Assembly (NCBI RefSeq): GCF_006345805.1
Contig: NC_043015.1
Location: 21,514,001 to 21,578,000 of the forward strand
DNA length: 64,000 bases
From: Octopus sinensis
Lineage: Eukaryota
Reading direction: 5' to 3'
The notes beneath the pieces are model-generated. The model was not told the origin of the DNA, made no database searches, and saw only the letters and a list, made by a program, of their open reading frames with translations. Both the position numbers and the translations under genes were made by a program. Of this stretch, positions 1-12,827 are shown piece by piece (position 1 is the first letter of the stretch; every line of letters begins with the position of its first letter).

Positions 1-183
1 TAATAATTCCCCACTTGAGTATTTTGTACTTTTAGTCATTTCCCGTTAATTTAATATTCAGCTGAAACTGACGAAACTCTTCGATGAAAATCAATTTCCT
101 TTTGGAAAAATTACCATCGTCTTCATCGCAATCAGTCTCATCGTCGCGTCATCGTCGCTATTAACATAAGACAAAACTAATTA

Positions 184-393
184 TTTTCTACTCTAGACAC
201 AAGGCCCGAAATCTTTGGGGAGGGAACCAGTCGATTAGATCGACCTCAGTACGCAACTGGTACTTAATTTATCGACCCAGAAATGATGAAAGGCAAAGTC
301 AACCTCGGCGGAATTTGAACTCAGAACGTAAAGACAGCCGAAATACTGCTAACCATTTCGCCCGGCGTGCTAACGTTTCTGCCAGCTCGCCGC
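184..393 (-). mobile_element. tRNA-derived SINE, family A (~210 bp)
   Basis: Minus strand has an A-box-like TGGCAGAAACGTTAGC and B box GAGTTCAAATTCC, then the conserved core GCCTTTCATC..TCGATAAATTAAGTACCAG. More than 10 homologous copies occur in the window. Confidence 0.85.
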
Positions 394-589
394 ATTATAA
401 GTCAAAAATATTTCCTAGGTTCGATGTGTCCAACTACGATTCTTGAAGTTTGTATCCCAGTATGGCCGCAGTCTGAATGAATGAAAGCTATAATAGATAA
501 AAGGTGCATGCATACATACACCCGTACATCCCCACATAGTTATATCAACAATAACCCAAATATTGTTATTTTTATTACTTTATTGAATA

Positions 590-749
590 TAGTTCCATAT
601 TTAAAAGATGAGGAATTATGTACATTATTTACATTATTTACATTTGACAGATATTTGTCCTCGTCTTGTTTTTCTTAACACACATTTTCGGCTGATATAC
701 CCTCCAGCCTTCATCAGGTTTCTTGAGGACATTTCGAAACAGGTTTCTC

Positions 750-750
<1 letters not shown>
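590..750 (-). mobile_element. Penelope-type pLTR-like fragment with a degenerate minimal hammerhead (677-720)
   Basis: Minus strand reads AAAC-CTGATGA-A-GGCTG-loop-CAGCC-GAAA-ATGTGTGTT. Homologous to 2935-3085. Confidence 0.6.
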
Positions 751-781
<31 letters not shown>

Positions 782-819
782 TATTATTATTATTATTATT
801 ATTACTATTATTATTATTA

Positions 820-891
820 TTCAGGTCCCTGCCTGGAATGAAACTTGGAATCTTGGGGTTAGTAGCCCGAAATCCTAAGCACCACGCCATA
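820..891 (-). mobile_element. Short tRNA-like SINE (~75 bp) with (AAT)n tail, family C
   Basis: Homologous to 895-965 in the opposite orientation. It has degenerate A/B boxes and ends CCTGAATAATAAT. Confidence 0.6.
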
Positions 892-894
892 TGC

Positions 895-965
895 CTACGG
901 GTGGTTAAGAGTACGGGATACTAACCGAAAGATTCCGAGTTCAATTCCAGGCAGTGACATGAATC
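895..965 (+). mobile_element. Short tRNA-like SINE, family C
   Basis: A box GTGGTTAAGAG and B box GAGTTCAATTCC; ends CATGAAT followed by (ACT)n/(AAT)n. Confidence 0.6.
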
Positions 966-966
966 A

Positions 967-1001
<35 letters not shown>

Positions 1002-1220
1002 AAACTACTACTACTAATACTACTACTACTGCTACTACTACTACTACTACTACTAATAATAATAATAATAATAATAATATAATAATAATAATAAAAATAT
1101 TAATAATAGTATTAGTATTATTATCATCCTTATTATTATTATTATTGTTATTATTATTAATATTATTATTATTATTATTATTAATATTATTATTATTAAT
1201 ATTATTATTATTATTATTAT

Positions 1221-2808
1221 TCTATGTTTGACTTTTGCTTTATGTCTGTACAAGTTGGCTCCAAGTCTCACCCAGAGACCTCAAGAGACAACAGGTTGGA
1301 AGTTCTGTGCCATATATTTGGGGTTTTTTCCCCTCTTTTTTTTGGTGTTGTACTAGTGAATGTCTAATACATAAAAATAAATAAATAAATAAATAAATAA
1401 AAAATGTTTGTTTTAAACCTTGGGATTACATAGAGAGTATTTTGCGTAGGATATGAGCACTATCTTTTGAATTTCTGCCATTTTGGGGTTTCCTGGTATC
1501 TGAGTTAGGTAGCAATCAGTCCCTTTCGCTATCATTCCCAGGGGACCTATGACAACAGGTATTGTTTTAGTCTTCAGCTTCCACATTTTGCTGATTTCTA
1601 TTTCAAGATCTTTATATTTGCTCAGTTTTTGGTAGGTCTTGACAGATACGTTTATATCGATTGGGACAGTCATATCAATGAGGAGGCATGTTCTTCGTCT
1701 GAAGTCTTTCAATATAATGTCTGGCCTATTTGCATCTATCTTCCTGTCAGTTTGAATGGTGAAGTTCCAGAGGAGTGAGATGTGGTCATTTTCAAGCACA
1801 GGAGGTGGATTGTGTTCCCACCAGTTTTTTTCATGGGGCAAATCCAGGTTTTTGCAAATTACCCAGTGAATATATTGTGCAGCTCTATCATGCCTACTGA
1901 GGTACTCTGTAGGCGCTGGAAGACTGCATTTGGAGACAACATGGTCAATGGTTTCATTTTGTTGTCGGCATACACGACATGTTGGGCTACTGCCGTTCTT
2001 TAATATGTTGGCCTGGTAGTTTCTTGTTGGTAGGCATTGATCTTGAGCTGCTATGATAAACCCCTCTGTTTCAGATTTTAAGCCAGAGGCCATTAGCCAT
2101 TGATGGGTCAGGGCTTTGTCGATATCTGCATTATTCGCTCTCTTTGGGTATTTGCCATAGAGAGGTTTTTCTTGCCATTTATTATTCAGAATATCTAAGG
2201 CCGCAGTTTTGGCACGGGTTTTCATGCGCCTAGTTTTTTCTGTGCTTGTTTCTTGTATATCTATCTCTAATTCCGAAATTGGTTGTATTCGGAATTCACT
2301 TAGGTATTTCTTTGCCTGTTTTGTGACTGAGTATGATGCTTTCTTGTTTTCATGTTTTGAGACAAGTTTTAACATCCAGTCCTCAGAGTTTTTCAGGTAA
2401 GTGTCTCGGCCAATTGTAGCTATCTTCATTGTTATTGCCAGTTGCAAAAGACCACGGCCTCCCTCTTTTCTTGGCAGATAGAGTCGTTCTGTATCTGCCT
2501 TAGGGTGGTGCATCCTATGCATCGTCAACAGTTTCCTTATTTTTCTGTCGAGCGGACATATTTCTGTAATTGACCAGTTAACAATATTGAAACTGTAAGT
2601 TACGACTTGTATGGCTAATGCATTGATCGCTTCGATCCTGTTTCTTGCATTCAGCTCGGTCTTGAGTATTGCTCTCACTCTTCGATAGCATTCTCTCCTG
2701 ATCATTTCCTTCATCTCTGAATGCCTTATTCCGTTCCCTTCAATTACCCCTAGGTACTTGTAGCTCTCCGCTGGGTCTAGTTCTTTTATGACATTCTGTT
2801 CGTTATCA
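1221..2808 (-). mobile_element. 5'-truncated R4/Dong-like non-LTR retrotransposon (RT thumb, CCHC zinc knuckle, RLE endonuclease)
   Basis: ORF 1413-2714 has HPKAD, CRVC..ETIDHVVSKC, RHD and RPDII..IDMTVP motifs. Both ends abut (AAT)n. Confidence 0.9.
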
Positions 2809-2822
2809 TTATTATTATTATC

Positions 2823-2880
<58 letters not shown>

Positions 2881-2934
2881 GTAGTAGTAGTAGTAGTAGT
2901 AGTAGTATAGTAGTAGTAGTAGTAATATTAACAT

Positions 2935-3085
2935 CGAAAAATAACTTAGGAATGAGAACCCGCGCTCGAAATTTCCTCAAAACAGCTGATGAAGGCTGGA
3001 GCGTATATCACACGAGACGTTATGTTAACAAAAACAAATTGAGAAAAAATATCCGTCAAATGTAAATAATGTAAATAATGTAATT
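2935..3085 (+). mobile_element. pLTR-like fragment with a degenerate minimal hammerhead (2981-3026)
   Basis: AACAG-CTGATGA-A-GGCTG..CACAC-GAGACGTTA-TGTT. Same family as 590-750. Confidence 0.55.
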
Positions 3086-3286
3086 AATATATTTATCTTA
3101 TATTATATCGGCTCAACTCGGTGCAAACCCCAAAGATTGGTATCGCCAGTTGGAATCCTTAAGGTGTAGGCACTATAATAGAATAGTAGCTTTATATGCG
3201 TATCCCAAACGTTTCCCGCAAATGATATATATATATCTATATATATGTAGATATATATATATATATATAAATAAATAAATAAATAA

Positions 3287-3335
<49 letters not shown>

Positions 3336-3618
3336 GTAGAGGAAACATAAAATGGAGATAATATTAATGGACAACAATTGATTTGCATCAATTCTTATTT
3401 ATTAATTATTTACAAAACGACTGCATCGCATCTTACAGCTGTTTCTGCTGCCAATGTTCTTTGGTATCATCATTATTATACTAAAATATACATCATATTT
3501 GGTAATGAAAACGATTTGAATCATGGAGCCTCATCAGAGTAGAAGATAAATGAATAAATGAATAAATGAAAGGACATAATAATAATAATAATAATAATAA
3601 TGATAATAATAATAATAA

Positions 3619-6600
3619 GACAGTGAAATAAGCGCGATCAAGCACGCAACGGAAAATGACATAAATATAAGACACAAAGGAAATGAAGAATCAGATGAAC
3701 AGTATAGCCCGCCACGAGGCTTAATTGAAAGACTGCCATCTGACCAAAGTACGCAAAGGCCTGAAGATACCAGAAATTCTATTGTACCTGTTAAAGATAG
3801 CCAGGAAAACGAAACAACAACAGTAACTGAAGATCTCGCATTTGCTGAAGAACACAGAGAGTCTATGGCAGACATGAGGCAGAAAATTCTGAATACGCTT
3901 GAAGTTGTAAGACACACAAGTATGAATGATAGAGAACCACTTCATAAACTCTCAAATACAAACCAAAATAAAAAACAAATCCAAATTGGCAACTATGTAA
4001 CAAATGAAATAATACGAGAATTAAAACCTGATTTAACTGAGTTAAATGAAATTATTTACGCTTCTGCTAGGGCAATTGAAACCAGCTGTATGCCCCCGAA
4101 AAAACAAAGAAAACAAAACCTGGGAAGAAATCAAACCTGGAGAAGTAAAATTGAAAAAGAGATTGAATTTAAGAGAGGGGAAATATCAATATTAAATGAA
4201 CTAATATGTGGAAATGATGTAAGATCCAGAACAGGAAGAAAGATGAACAGAAAATTTGGATCCTCACCAAGAGAAGAACTGATATCAATAAAAGAAACGC
4301 TGAAACAAAAAGTCCAAGCAAAAGCCCAAAGAATACGAAGATTTGAGAAGAGAAACAAGTTTTACCAGCAAAGTAAGCTGTTCACATCCAATGCCAAAAA
4401 GTTCTACAGAGAAATAGGGAAGGAGAAAGTAACCGTTAAAGACCCCCCTCCCATGGAAGAAGTTCAAAACTTTTGGAAAAGGATTTGGAGTGACAAGAAG
4501 ACGTACAACATAAATGCAGACTGGATTATACAAACTGAAGGATCCTACCAAAATTTACAACAAGCATGGGAAGACATCACAATAGCAGACCTAAGAAAGG
4601 CACTCACGAAGGCCCATAATTGGAAATCCCCCGGTAAAGATAGGGTGCCGAATTTCTAGCTCGCATCGCTCCCATGCGCACACGGTAAGCTAGTTCAGCT
4701 GCTCAATGGAATTATGAGAGACCCAAAGAAAACACCTGAATGGTTAGCAAGTGGCATTACTTACCTACTCCCAAAGAATAACGAAACCAACCTTACAAAA
4801 AACTATCGGCCTATAACCTGTCTATCCACCACGTATAAAATCCTAACATCTATCCTGGCGGAGAAAACATATGCATTCATGGAGAAGAACGATATTTTCC
4901 CCATTCAACAAAAAGGGTGCCGCCGAATCTCTTACGGATGCAAAGATCAACTGCTAATCAATCGTATGATCCTTGAGAACTGTCACAACAAGCGTAGAAA
5001 TCTCAGCACCGCATGGATTGACTATAAAAAGGCCTTCGACAGTATACCACATCCATGGATCTTGAGATCGCTGGACATCTTCAAAATTTCCCCTGTGATT
5101 TCAAACTTCCTGAAGCACAATATGTCGTTGTGGTATACGAATCTCCAATTATACCACTCTAATGGAGTACTTGCCTCAGAAAATATAAACATCAACTGTG
5201 GAATTTTTCAAGGTGACTCACTTTCACCTTTAATATTCTGCATAGCCCTAATACCCCTTACAAGTGAATTAAACAGAACAGGGTATGGGTATAAAATTGC
5301 CAATAAAAAAATTAGACATCTATTTTATATGGATGACTTAAAACTTTATGGTAAAGACAATAATGAACTTGAAGGCCTATTGCGCACCGTGAAAGCATTC
5401 AGCGATGACATCGGGATGGAGTTTGGACTTGAGAATTTGTGGTTTTTCACTTTCCCTTTCTGGAAAGTGAAAAACCACAAATTCAGTCGTGTTAGATGTT
5501 GACACAGTCATAAGAGAGCTTGAGCAAGAACAAACATATAAATATTTAGGGATAAATGAAGGCTCTGGTATTCAGCATGCAAGCATGAAAGAGAAGATCA
5601 GGAAGGAATGTTATAGGAGAGTTCGTGCAGTCCTTAAATCTGAACTAAATGCACGTAACAAGGTGTTAGCTATAAATTCCTTAGCAGTTCCAGTTGTTAC
5701 TTATAGCTACAATGTGTTGAACAGGAATATGAGTGAAGTAAAGAATATAGATAGGAAAATACGCAAGCTGCTGAGTTGTAATAGGATGAACCACCCAAAG
5801 GCAGACGTAGATCGCCTTTACCTTCCCAGAGCCCAAGGAGGTCGAGGCCTGATCCAATTTGAACTAACTTACAAAACAACCACAATTGGACTGGCCAAAT
5901 ATCTCGAAATATCGAATGACTGGATGCTAAAGCTCGTGGAAAATCACGAGAGACGAAAGAAGCTTCATTCTATCATAAAGGAAAGCAAAAAATTTGCCTT
6001 TGATCTCGTGCAGGATACCCAAACTGAACAACCCGAGGGAAGTACGGCAACTATTGTTGCAAAGAAGGTGAAAATGATGGCAATGAAAAAAGCGCACGAG
6101 CAATTGGCTGATAGGTGGGAGGAGAAACCTCTGCACGGCAAATATGTGACCCGCAGCAAACAAGCTGATGTTGACCAGAAGCAAACCCATCAGTGGCTGC
6201 GGAGCTCAGGGCTAAAAGCAGAGAGCGAAGGTTTCATCCTGGCTGCTCAAGATCAAAGCCTATTAACCCGGAACTACCAGGCCAATGTGATGAAAAATGG
6301 AGCAGACCCAAAATGCCGATTCTGCAACGACATGATTGAAACAGTGGACCACCTAATCTCTGGATGTAAAGTCTTAGCACCAGTGGAGTATAAATTAAGA
6401 CATGACAGAGTTGGCCAATATCTCCACTGGCTAATAAGTCGGCATTACAATATCAAAACTGCCGACAAGTGGTATAATCACCACCCTGAGGCTGTAACTG
6501 AAGGAGAAAATGTAACCATTCTGTGGGACTTTCCAGTACATACAGACCGAACCATCAACGCCAATAAACCAGATATTGTTGTGAAAGACCAAAACAATAA

Positions 6601-7049
6601 AGTTTGCTTATTGATCGACATGAGTATCCCCTGTGATCATAATATCTCAGCGAAAGAGTTTGACAAGCTCAGAAAATATAAAGACCTACTCATTGAAATT
6701 GAGAAAATGTGGCATCTCAAGGCGGTTACAATACCAGTGATCGTAGGAGCACTAGGAATGATCAAGAAGGGAACCGAAAATTATATGAGAATGATCCCTG
6801 GCTTACCATCCCTGCAAGAAGTGCAAAAGATTGTCTTAACTGGTACATCACACGTATTGAGAAGAGCATTGTCGATGTGAGAACTGTTGCTGCTCATGTA
6901 TTTTAATTTAACTTTAAAAAAAAAAAATGAACGAACGAACTATTGAGTTTGGTTTAATGGCCTACCAATGTATACTATGAGTTTCTTTGCCCTAGGAGTC
7001 GGGAAGACACTCGGCAAGAAATGGAAGCAAATTTGAAAGAAGAAAAAAA

Positions 7050-7050
<1 letters not shown>
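3619..7050 (+). mobile_element. R4/Dong-like non-LTR retrotransposon, second family, 5'-truncated, disrupted RT-RLE ORF
   Basis: The frame is open from 3619. A W-to-TAG stop lies at 4657-4659 and a frameshift at ~5433-5489. RT motifs YRPITCL, DYKKAFDS, GIFQGDSLSP and YMDD are present, as are CRFC/HLISGC and KPDIV..IDM. Flanked by (AAT)n on both sides. Confidence 0.92.
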
Positions 7051-7134
<84 letters not shown>

Positions 7135-7503
7135 AATATATTTTGAATATATACATTTTCCACTGTGATGAAGCTCCATGACTCAAACCGGTTTTATTAT
7201 CAACTATGATATATATTTTCAGCGTAATAATGCTGAAAACAAAGAGCATTGGCAATAGAAACAGCTGTAAGATGGGATACTGTCTTTTGGAAATAATTAA
7301 AATGTTTTTCATAAGTTTCATCTCCATAAACTTCTCTTTTCCTTGTCTTTACCTATAATTTATGAGCGTAACATGGTTGCCCACGTTTAAATATAGGTAA
7401 TATACCAGTAGTGTTATGGATACTTTTATCCCCTAGACTGTTATTTTAACCTCTAACTCAGCTAACCCATCTCTCTCTCTTGGGCGCGCTGTCTCTCTCT
7501 CTC

Positions 7504-7594
<91 letters not shown>

Positions 7595-8312
7595 GTGTGT
7601 GTGTGTTTATGTGTACATATGGATATACATATATATATTTAATCATATATATATGTATATGTGTATATAAGTATACACACACACACATACACACACACAC
7701 ATACACACATACACACATATGTATATATCTGTAAAGCAGGTAGTCTCCATTACCTTAGTGTCTTCCGTAAGTTACAGATTTGCACGTTTTACTGATTATT
7801 ATTCTTTAAACAAGAAATACTGTATGCTGAACATAGTTTGAATCGGAAAGTCAGAAATACATTTAACTATTCGTTTCACACTGTATTGAAGACAAAATAT
7901 TTACTTAGTTTATGACGTGCCGTTAAGCTGGGGAGGGGGTGGACAAATATGCCATTAAAGCTACTGATTTCTGTGATAGTCTTATCCATCGAAATGAGGG
8001 AATAACGCTTAGGTATAGAAATAAGGCACCAACGCGAAGTTGATATTGAAGTTAGAGTATTAACTTAAGGCTGACGAACTTTGTGATGTAGATTGTTTAC
8101 TACACAATACGGAAGTTGATCTCCATATGTCTGATATACATATTTGCCCATATATATGACTCGTATGTGTATGTGTACGTGTTTAAAATACTGATATATG
8201 TGTACGTTCTTCGTTTATATATACATACTTATGTATATATATACATATGTATATATATATATGCATATAAATTTATATATATATACATAAATACATGCAT
8301 ACACACACACAC

Positions 8313-8369
<57 letters not shown>

Positions 8370-9843
8370 TATATATACAGGGAGAGAGAAAGAGGAGACT
8401 CAAAGAGGTAGATACATACGTGAACATCCTTCCGAAATTTTCCATTTTTAATATGAATAGCAAACAAGTTTCAATGATGCCTGCGCCTTGTATTTGCATC
8501 AATCAATAATTGTTTACCTTTAATTACATTTATATTTTTATGTAAAAATCTCATCTCTGTGTAATATTATTAAATCCATACAGACCCAATTTCTCAAACA
8601 GAAACTTATATTCACATACACGAACAGGCTTATAAATATGTATGTTTTTTACAGAAACGTATGCAGATATATATGTACGTACACACATGCACACGCGCAT
8701 ATATACATATGTGTGTATGCATGTATATATATATAGATAGATGTGTGTGTGTGTGTATGGATGGATATCTTTCGGTGTATATAAAATTGCTGCTTTTGTA
8801 AAAAAAAAGAAGCACGTAAACACAGCATCTGTGATTCTGGTGTTTGTAGGTATAAGTTCGAAATAGTTGAGTAATGGCGATGATAGCCACGAATATGATT
8901 TTGATTATATGTATGTGATAAAGAAGATTAGAAAAAAGTCGATGATATGCTTATAATATTAGGCAGTTAATGTAGAGAAGATGGCGATGTTATTAACATA
9001 TTGGTTATGATTTAGACATTTATACACAGACTATGCAAAAAAGAAAGCTTTTATCTTGCTTTTGAAGTTAAATTTAGTCCCGGATTATCTGATATCAACT
9101 AACTTACTATTCCATATTTTCTATCTATAGTTTTCTGTTTAATGATTGAAGCCTTGTATTTTTACAATTTTCTCTCTAATGGAAGTGAGACTTAACTATT
9201 ATGTATTACACATTTATGACGTTTCTATCAACCTTGTGAAATACAGGAAAGATATGAATACTCAATGATTATTTATTGCTTACGAACATAATTGTATCTA
9301 TGTGGTAATTACTGTTTATAAGCCAAACGCTGACATTTTTACTTGAATATCAATCATATTTGCTCGTAGGTAATGTAAAATTAGAAATGTATAATAGCCA
9401 TTAATAGATATAGAGATTGTTCTCATTGAAAATTCATTCTCTGCTGTATCAAAAATAAAAGAGACTAACGGATAACGTGTTTCTAGATACCCTTAAAAAG
9501 AGAGACAATATTCCTAACATGAACGCATTAGATCATGTTAAAGTAAAGGAATGAAAAATAAAAATAATCTAACTGACACGAGAGGATACTCTGTTCTATA
9601 TATATCATAGGAAAGACAAAATAAAATGAAAGACTTGGTGTATGCTACAGGAACCGTTTTAAATTTAAACAGCGACATTTGTATCATATCATAGTATATA
9701 CACCTTTTAGAAGAATGGTGAATTTTCGTCCGAGAGAAAATTTAACTATACAGATTCCTGTAGTAAAAAGAAAATATCTATATATCTATCTGTCTGTATG
9801 TCTGTCTGTCTGCTGTCCCTCTGCCTGTCGGCCTATCTATCTG

Positions 9844-9932
<89 letters not shown>

Positions 9933-9934
9933 AT

Positions 9935-9976
<42 letters not shown>

Positions 9977-10100
9977 TAAAAGGAATTCCAACCTTGTCTG
10001 ATTTTCACGTTTTAGTTACAATCTTATAATGATATATTATAAGATAATATATTATAATAGAATAAAAGAAAATAGTAGAATGTTAAATGTTCATTCTGAT

Positions 10101-10145
10101 TGAACTAGTACTTTCATGCATTAAATTCTGCAATCTTCAGGTTCA
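10101..10145 (-). ncRNA. Minimal type I hammerhead ribozyme with intact core
   Basis: TGAAC-CTGAAGA-TTGCA(gaatttaa)TGCAT-GAAA-GTAC-TA-GTTCA. Stem I is TGAAC/GTTCA, stem III is the palindrome AGTACT, and the cleavage triplet is CUA. Confidence 0.75.
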
Positions 10146-10621
10146 TGTAGTAGTGGTGACAGTCATGCTTCACAATGTTTGACTGTAGCAAGATGATTGA
10201 TTCTGTGCTATAAATACAGCTGGGTAGACTCCAGAGTGCTAGGTTTTGCCAACTGTATTCTGACCAATCAGTGTGTAGTATCACTCAATTACTTAAGCTG
10301 ATTGGTTTAGGCGTCACGCTTTGTTGGACATGTCAAGTGTCCTGTATCTTGACCCTGGCCGAAGCAGCAATTGTTGGGTTACTTTTAGAAATGTAAATAG
10401 CCTTTGTCAGAGATTTTTATATTTTTATATTTCAATCGTCATCATCATCATTGTCAGCACCTTAATTATTGTTGCTAGTGGTGATGGTGGTGGCAATAGA
10501 ACTTTTAACCCTAAATAAGATAATTTTCCTGTTATCTTCATCTTGACCACCTTTAGTATGTTGTTGTTGTTAGTGGTCATGGTCGTAGCAGTAGAAGTAG
10601 TACCTCTAAGTATTATTATTA

Positions 10622-12827
10622 TTATTGCTTATTTAGCTTGGGTTCGAATTTATCAATAAAATTCTTTTCTCTGATTTTCCTCTCGATTTCACTTGGGCTG
10701 TGTAATTTGTAGAACGGAAATATTATATACATTTTCCGGCCACATGTTGCTAGGTGGTTACTCAAAGGTATCTGACGGACCTCTGGGTCTCTGATCTGTT
10801 GCCGGTGTACACGTGAGCATTCTGATAGTGCGTTTCCCGTCTGACCTACATATATTTCTTCACAATTTGGGCATTTGATGCAGTAAATTAAATTTCTGCT
10901 TTTGCAGTTCATATTCGCGTTTGTGAATATTTTCCCGGTTTTTGTGTTTATATATTGGCCGGTATGTATGAATTGGCATGTGCCACATCGGCTATCATTG
11001 CATTTAGATACAGTGAATGTTTGGTCTTTGTTGCTAAGGTCAAATTTTGCCTTTGTTAGTAATGTTTTCGAGTTTTTAGGCTGTCTTTTACTAAGCACCA
11101 TAGCTCGATCCGTGATTATGTCTTTTAATTCATTACTTTGGGCAATGATTGGTAGGTTTGCTTTGGCAATGTTGAAGATATTCTGGTGACATGGGTTGTG
11201 TGTCACTATGAATGGTATGACTTGTTCTTGTTTTCCTCTTCCTTGGGTTGTCCTAAGTTGTTGTATGGGTATTTTTATAGCCCGCTGTATGCCATTTTCT
11301 ATAAGTAGAGATCGGTATTTTTGTTTGAGCAAAAATTCTCTTAGTTCTATTAGGCGTTTCTTCCTGATATTTGCACCTTCTACAATGGTACAAATTCTTC
11401 TGGCTAGGCAAATTCTTCTGGCTAGGATGTTACGTTTTGTATGTGGTGGATGGCACGACTTTAAATTTAGGTATTGATGTGTGTCTGTGTGTTTATAGTA
11501 TATATCTGTGGTGATGGTGGTGACTTTTTTAATTACCATTATATCTAGGAATGGTAATTTGGTACTACTCATCTCCTTTGTAAATTGGAGAGATGGGTGT
11601 AGGTTGTTCAGGAGGATATTGAACTCTTCCAGAGTATTTAGAGATTCCGTCCAGATTATGAAGCAGTCGTCTAGATATCTCTTCCATGCCTTTTCAATAT
11701 ACTTTCTAAATCCAGTGCCATAGTTTACCTCCACCTCTTGGTAGAGTTATTGTTCTAAGTATCCCATTACAGAGTTGGCGTAAACGGGAGCAAACCTCGT
11801 TCCCTTCGCCGTACCTTTGATGAAACTGGGTATGTAAGTACATAGTGGTTTCAAAACAATGTCAATAAAATTGCTTAGACGGTGGGTAGGGCATGCTGGA
11901 CCAGCTATAATAGGTCTAAGTTTTAGGACTTTTGGATGTAGTAATTTCATGTACTCACTTTCTTGTTCTTTTACTGCCTGTTGAATATCTTTTGATCTGT
12001 GTATTTTTGCTAAGCCGTAGAAGTTGCTGGGTTTTGGTTCGAAATTGGTGATGTAGTCTCTTTCATTATCTGTAAGTGAGTTGTGGTGTGTTGAGATCAG
12101 GTTGTTGATCTTTTTCATGATGTGGTGGTCTATATTTGCGGGTATTTCACAATAGAAGGTTGTATCCTTCAGTAGGTCCTCAACCAAATCCTTATAGTAT
12201 TCGGTATCCATAATAACAATTGCACCACCTTTATCTGCTTGTTTAATTATTATTGCTTGATCGTTTTGTATACGTTTACATGCAGACATCTCTGATTTGC
12301 TAATGTTTGGCCTAACATTGGTATTACGTCTAAGGGGAAATTTAGACAGGATATCAATGTATTGGTCAAGGTAGTTATTTCTTCCTTTTGGTGGGGTGAA
12401 ATTTGATTTATTCCTTACTAGGGATTCATCAATCTCATTACTTTTATTAGCGAAGAATTCTACAAGTCGTAATTTTCGACAGAATGTTTGGATATCCTCC
12501 TTTAATTCTTGGTGGTTGGCTGTTGGTGTAGGTGTGAATTTCAGTCCTTTTGACAGAAGTTGGATTTCATCATTGTCAAGATCTCTTTTTGATAAATTAA
12601 TTATTTTAGGATCTATACGTTCAGTTGTTTGGGGTATGTTTCCTCTTGGATTTTTTTTTCTCCGGTGTTTGTTGTCCTGACGTAAAAAAATTGATTTTTT
12701 TTCTGTTTATGATTTATATTCCTGTTGATGTTTGCTTGATAAAATTTGCGCTTTGGTTGTGGTATTTTACTTGGTTTCGTTATGTTTCTGTCTTGTTTTT
12801 GGTATTATGTATGCTACTTTTCAATTT
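10622..12827 (-). pseudogene. PLE ORF copy 1: N-terminal domain joined directly to GTA(M/K)G; lacks the RT motif A segment; continues to GIY-YIG
   Basis: Reads IINLSKRDL..LLSKGLKFTPTP..ADKGG..IPSFI|KGTAKG. In-frame TAA at 11747-11749. Confidence 0.85.

Noticed and set aside
895-965. tRNA gene call for A/B-box sequences (also SINE A and B heads)
   Set aside because: No complete cloverleaf or acceptor stem; these are SINE heads.
7161-7195. Hammerhead-like TGTGATGAAGCT..AAACCGGT
   Set aside because: Core CUGA and GAAA are both broken and stems are not restorable from one copy.
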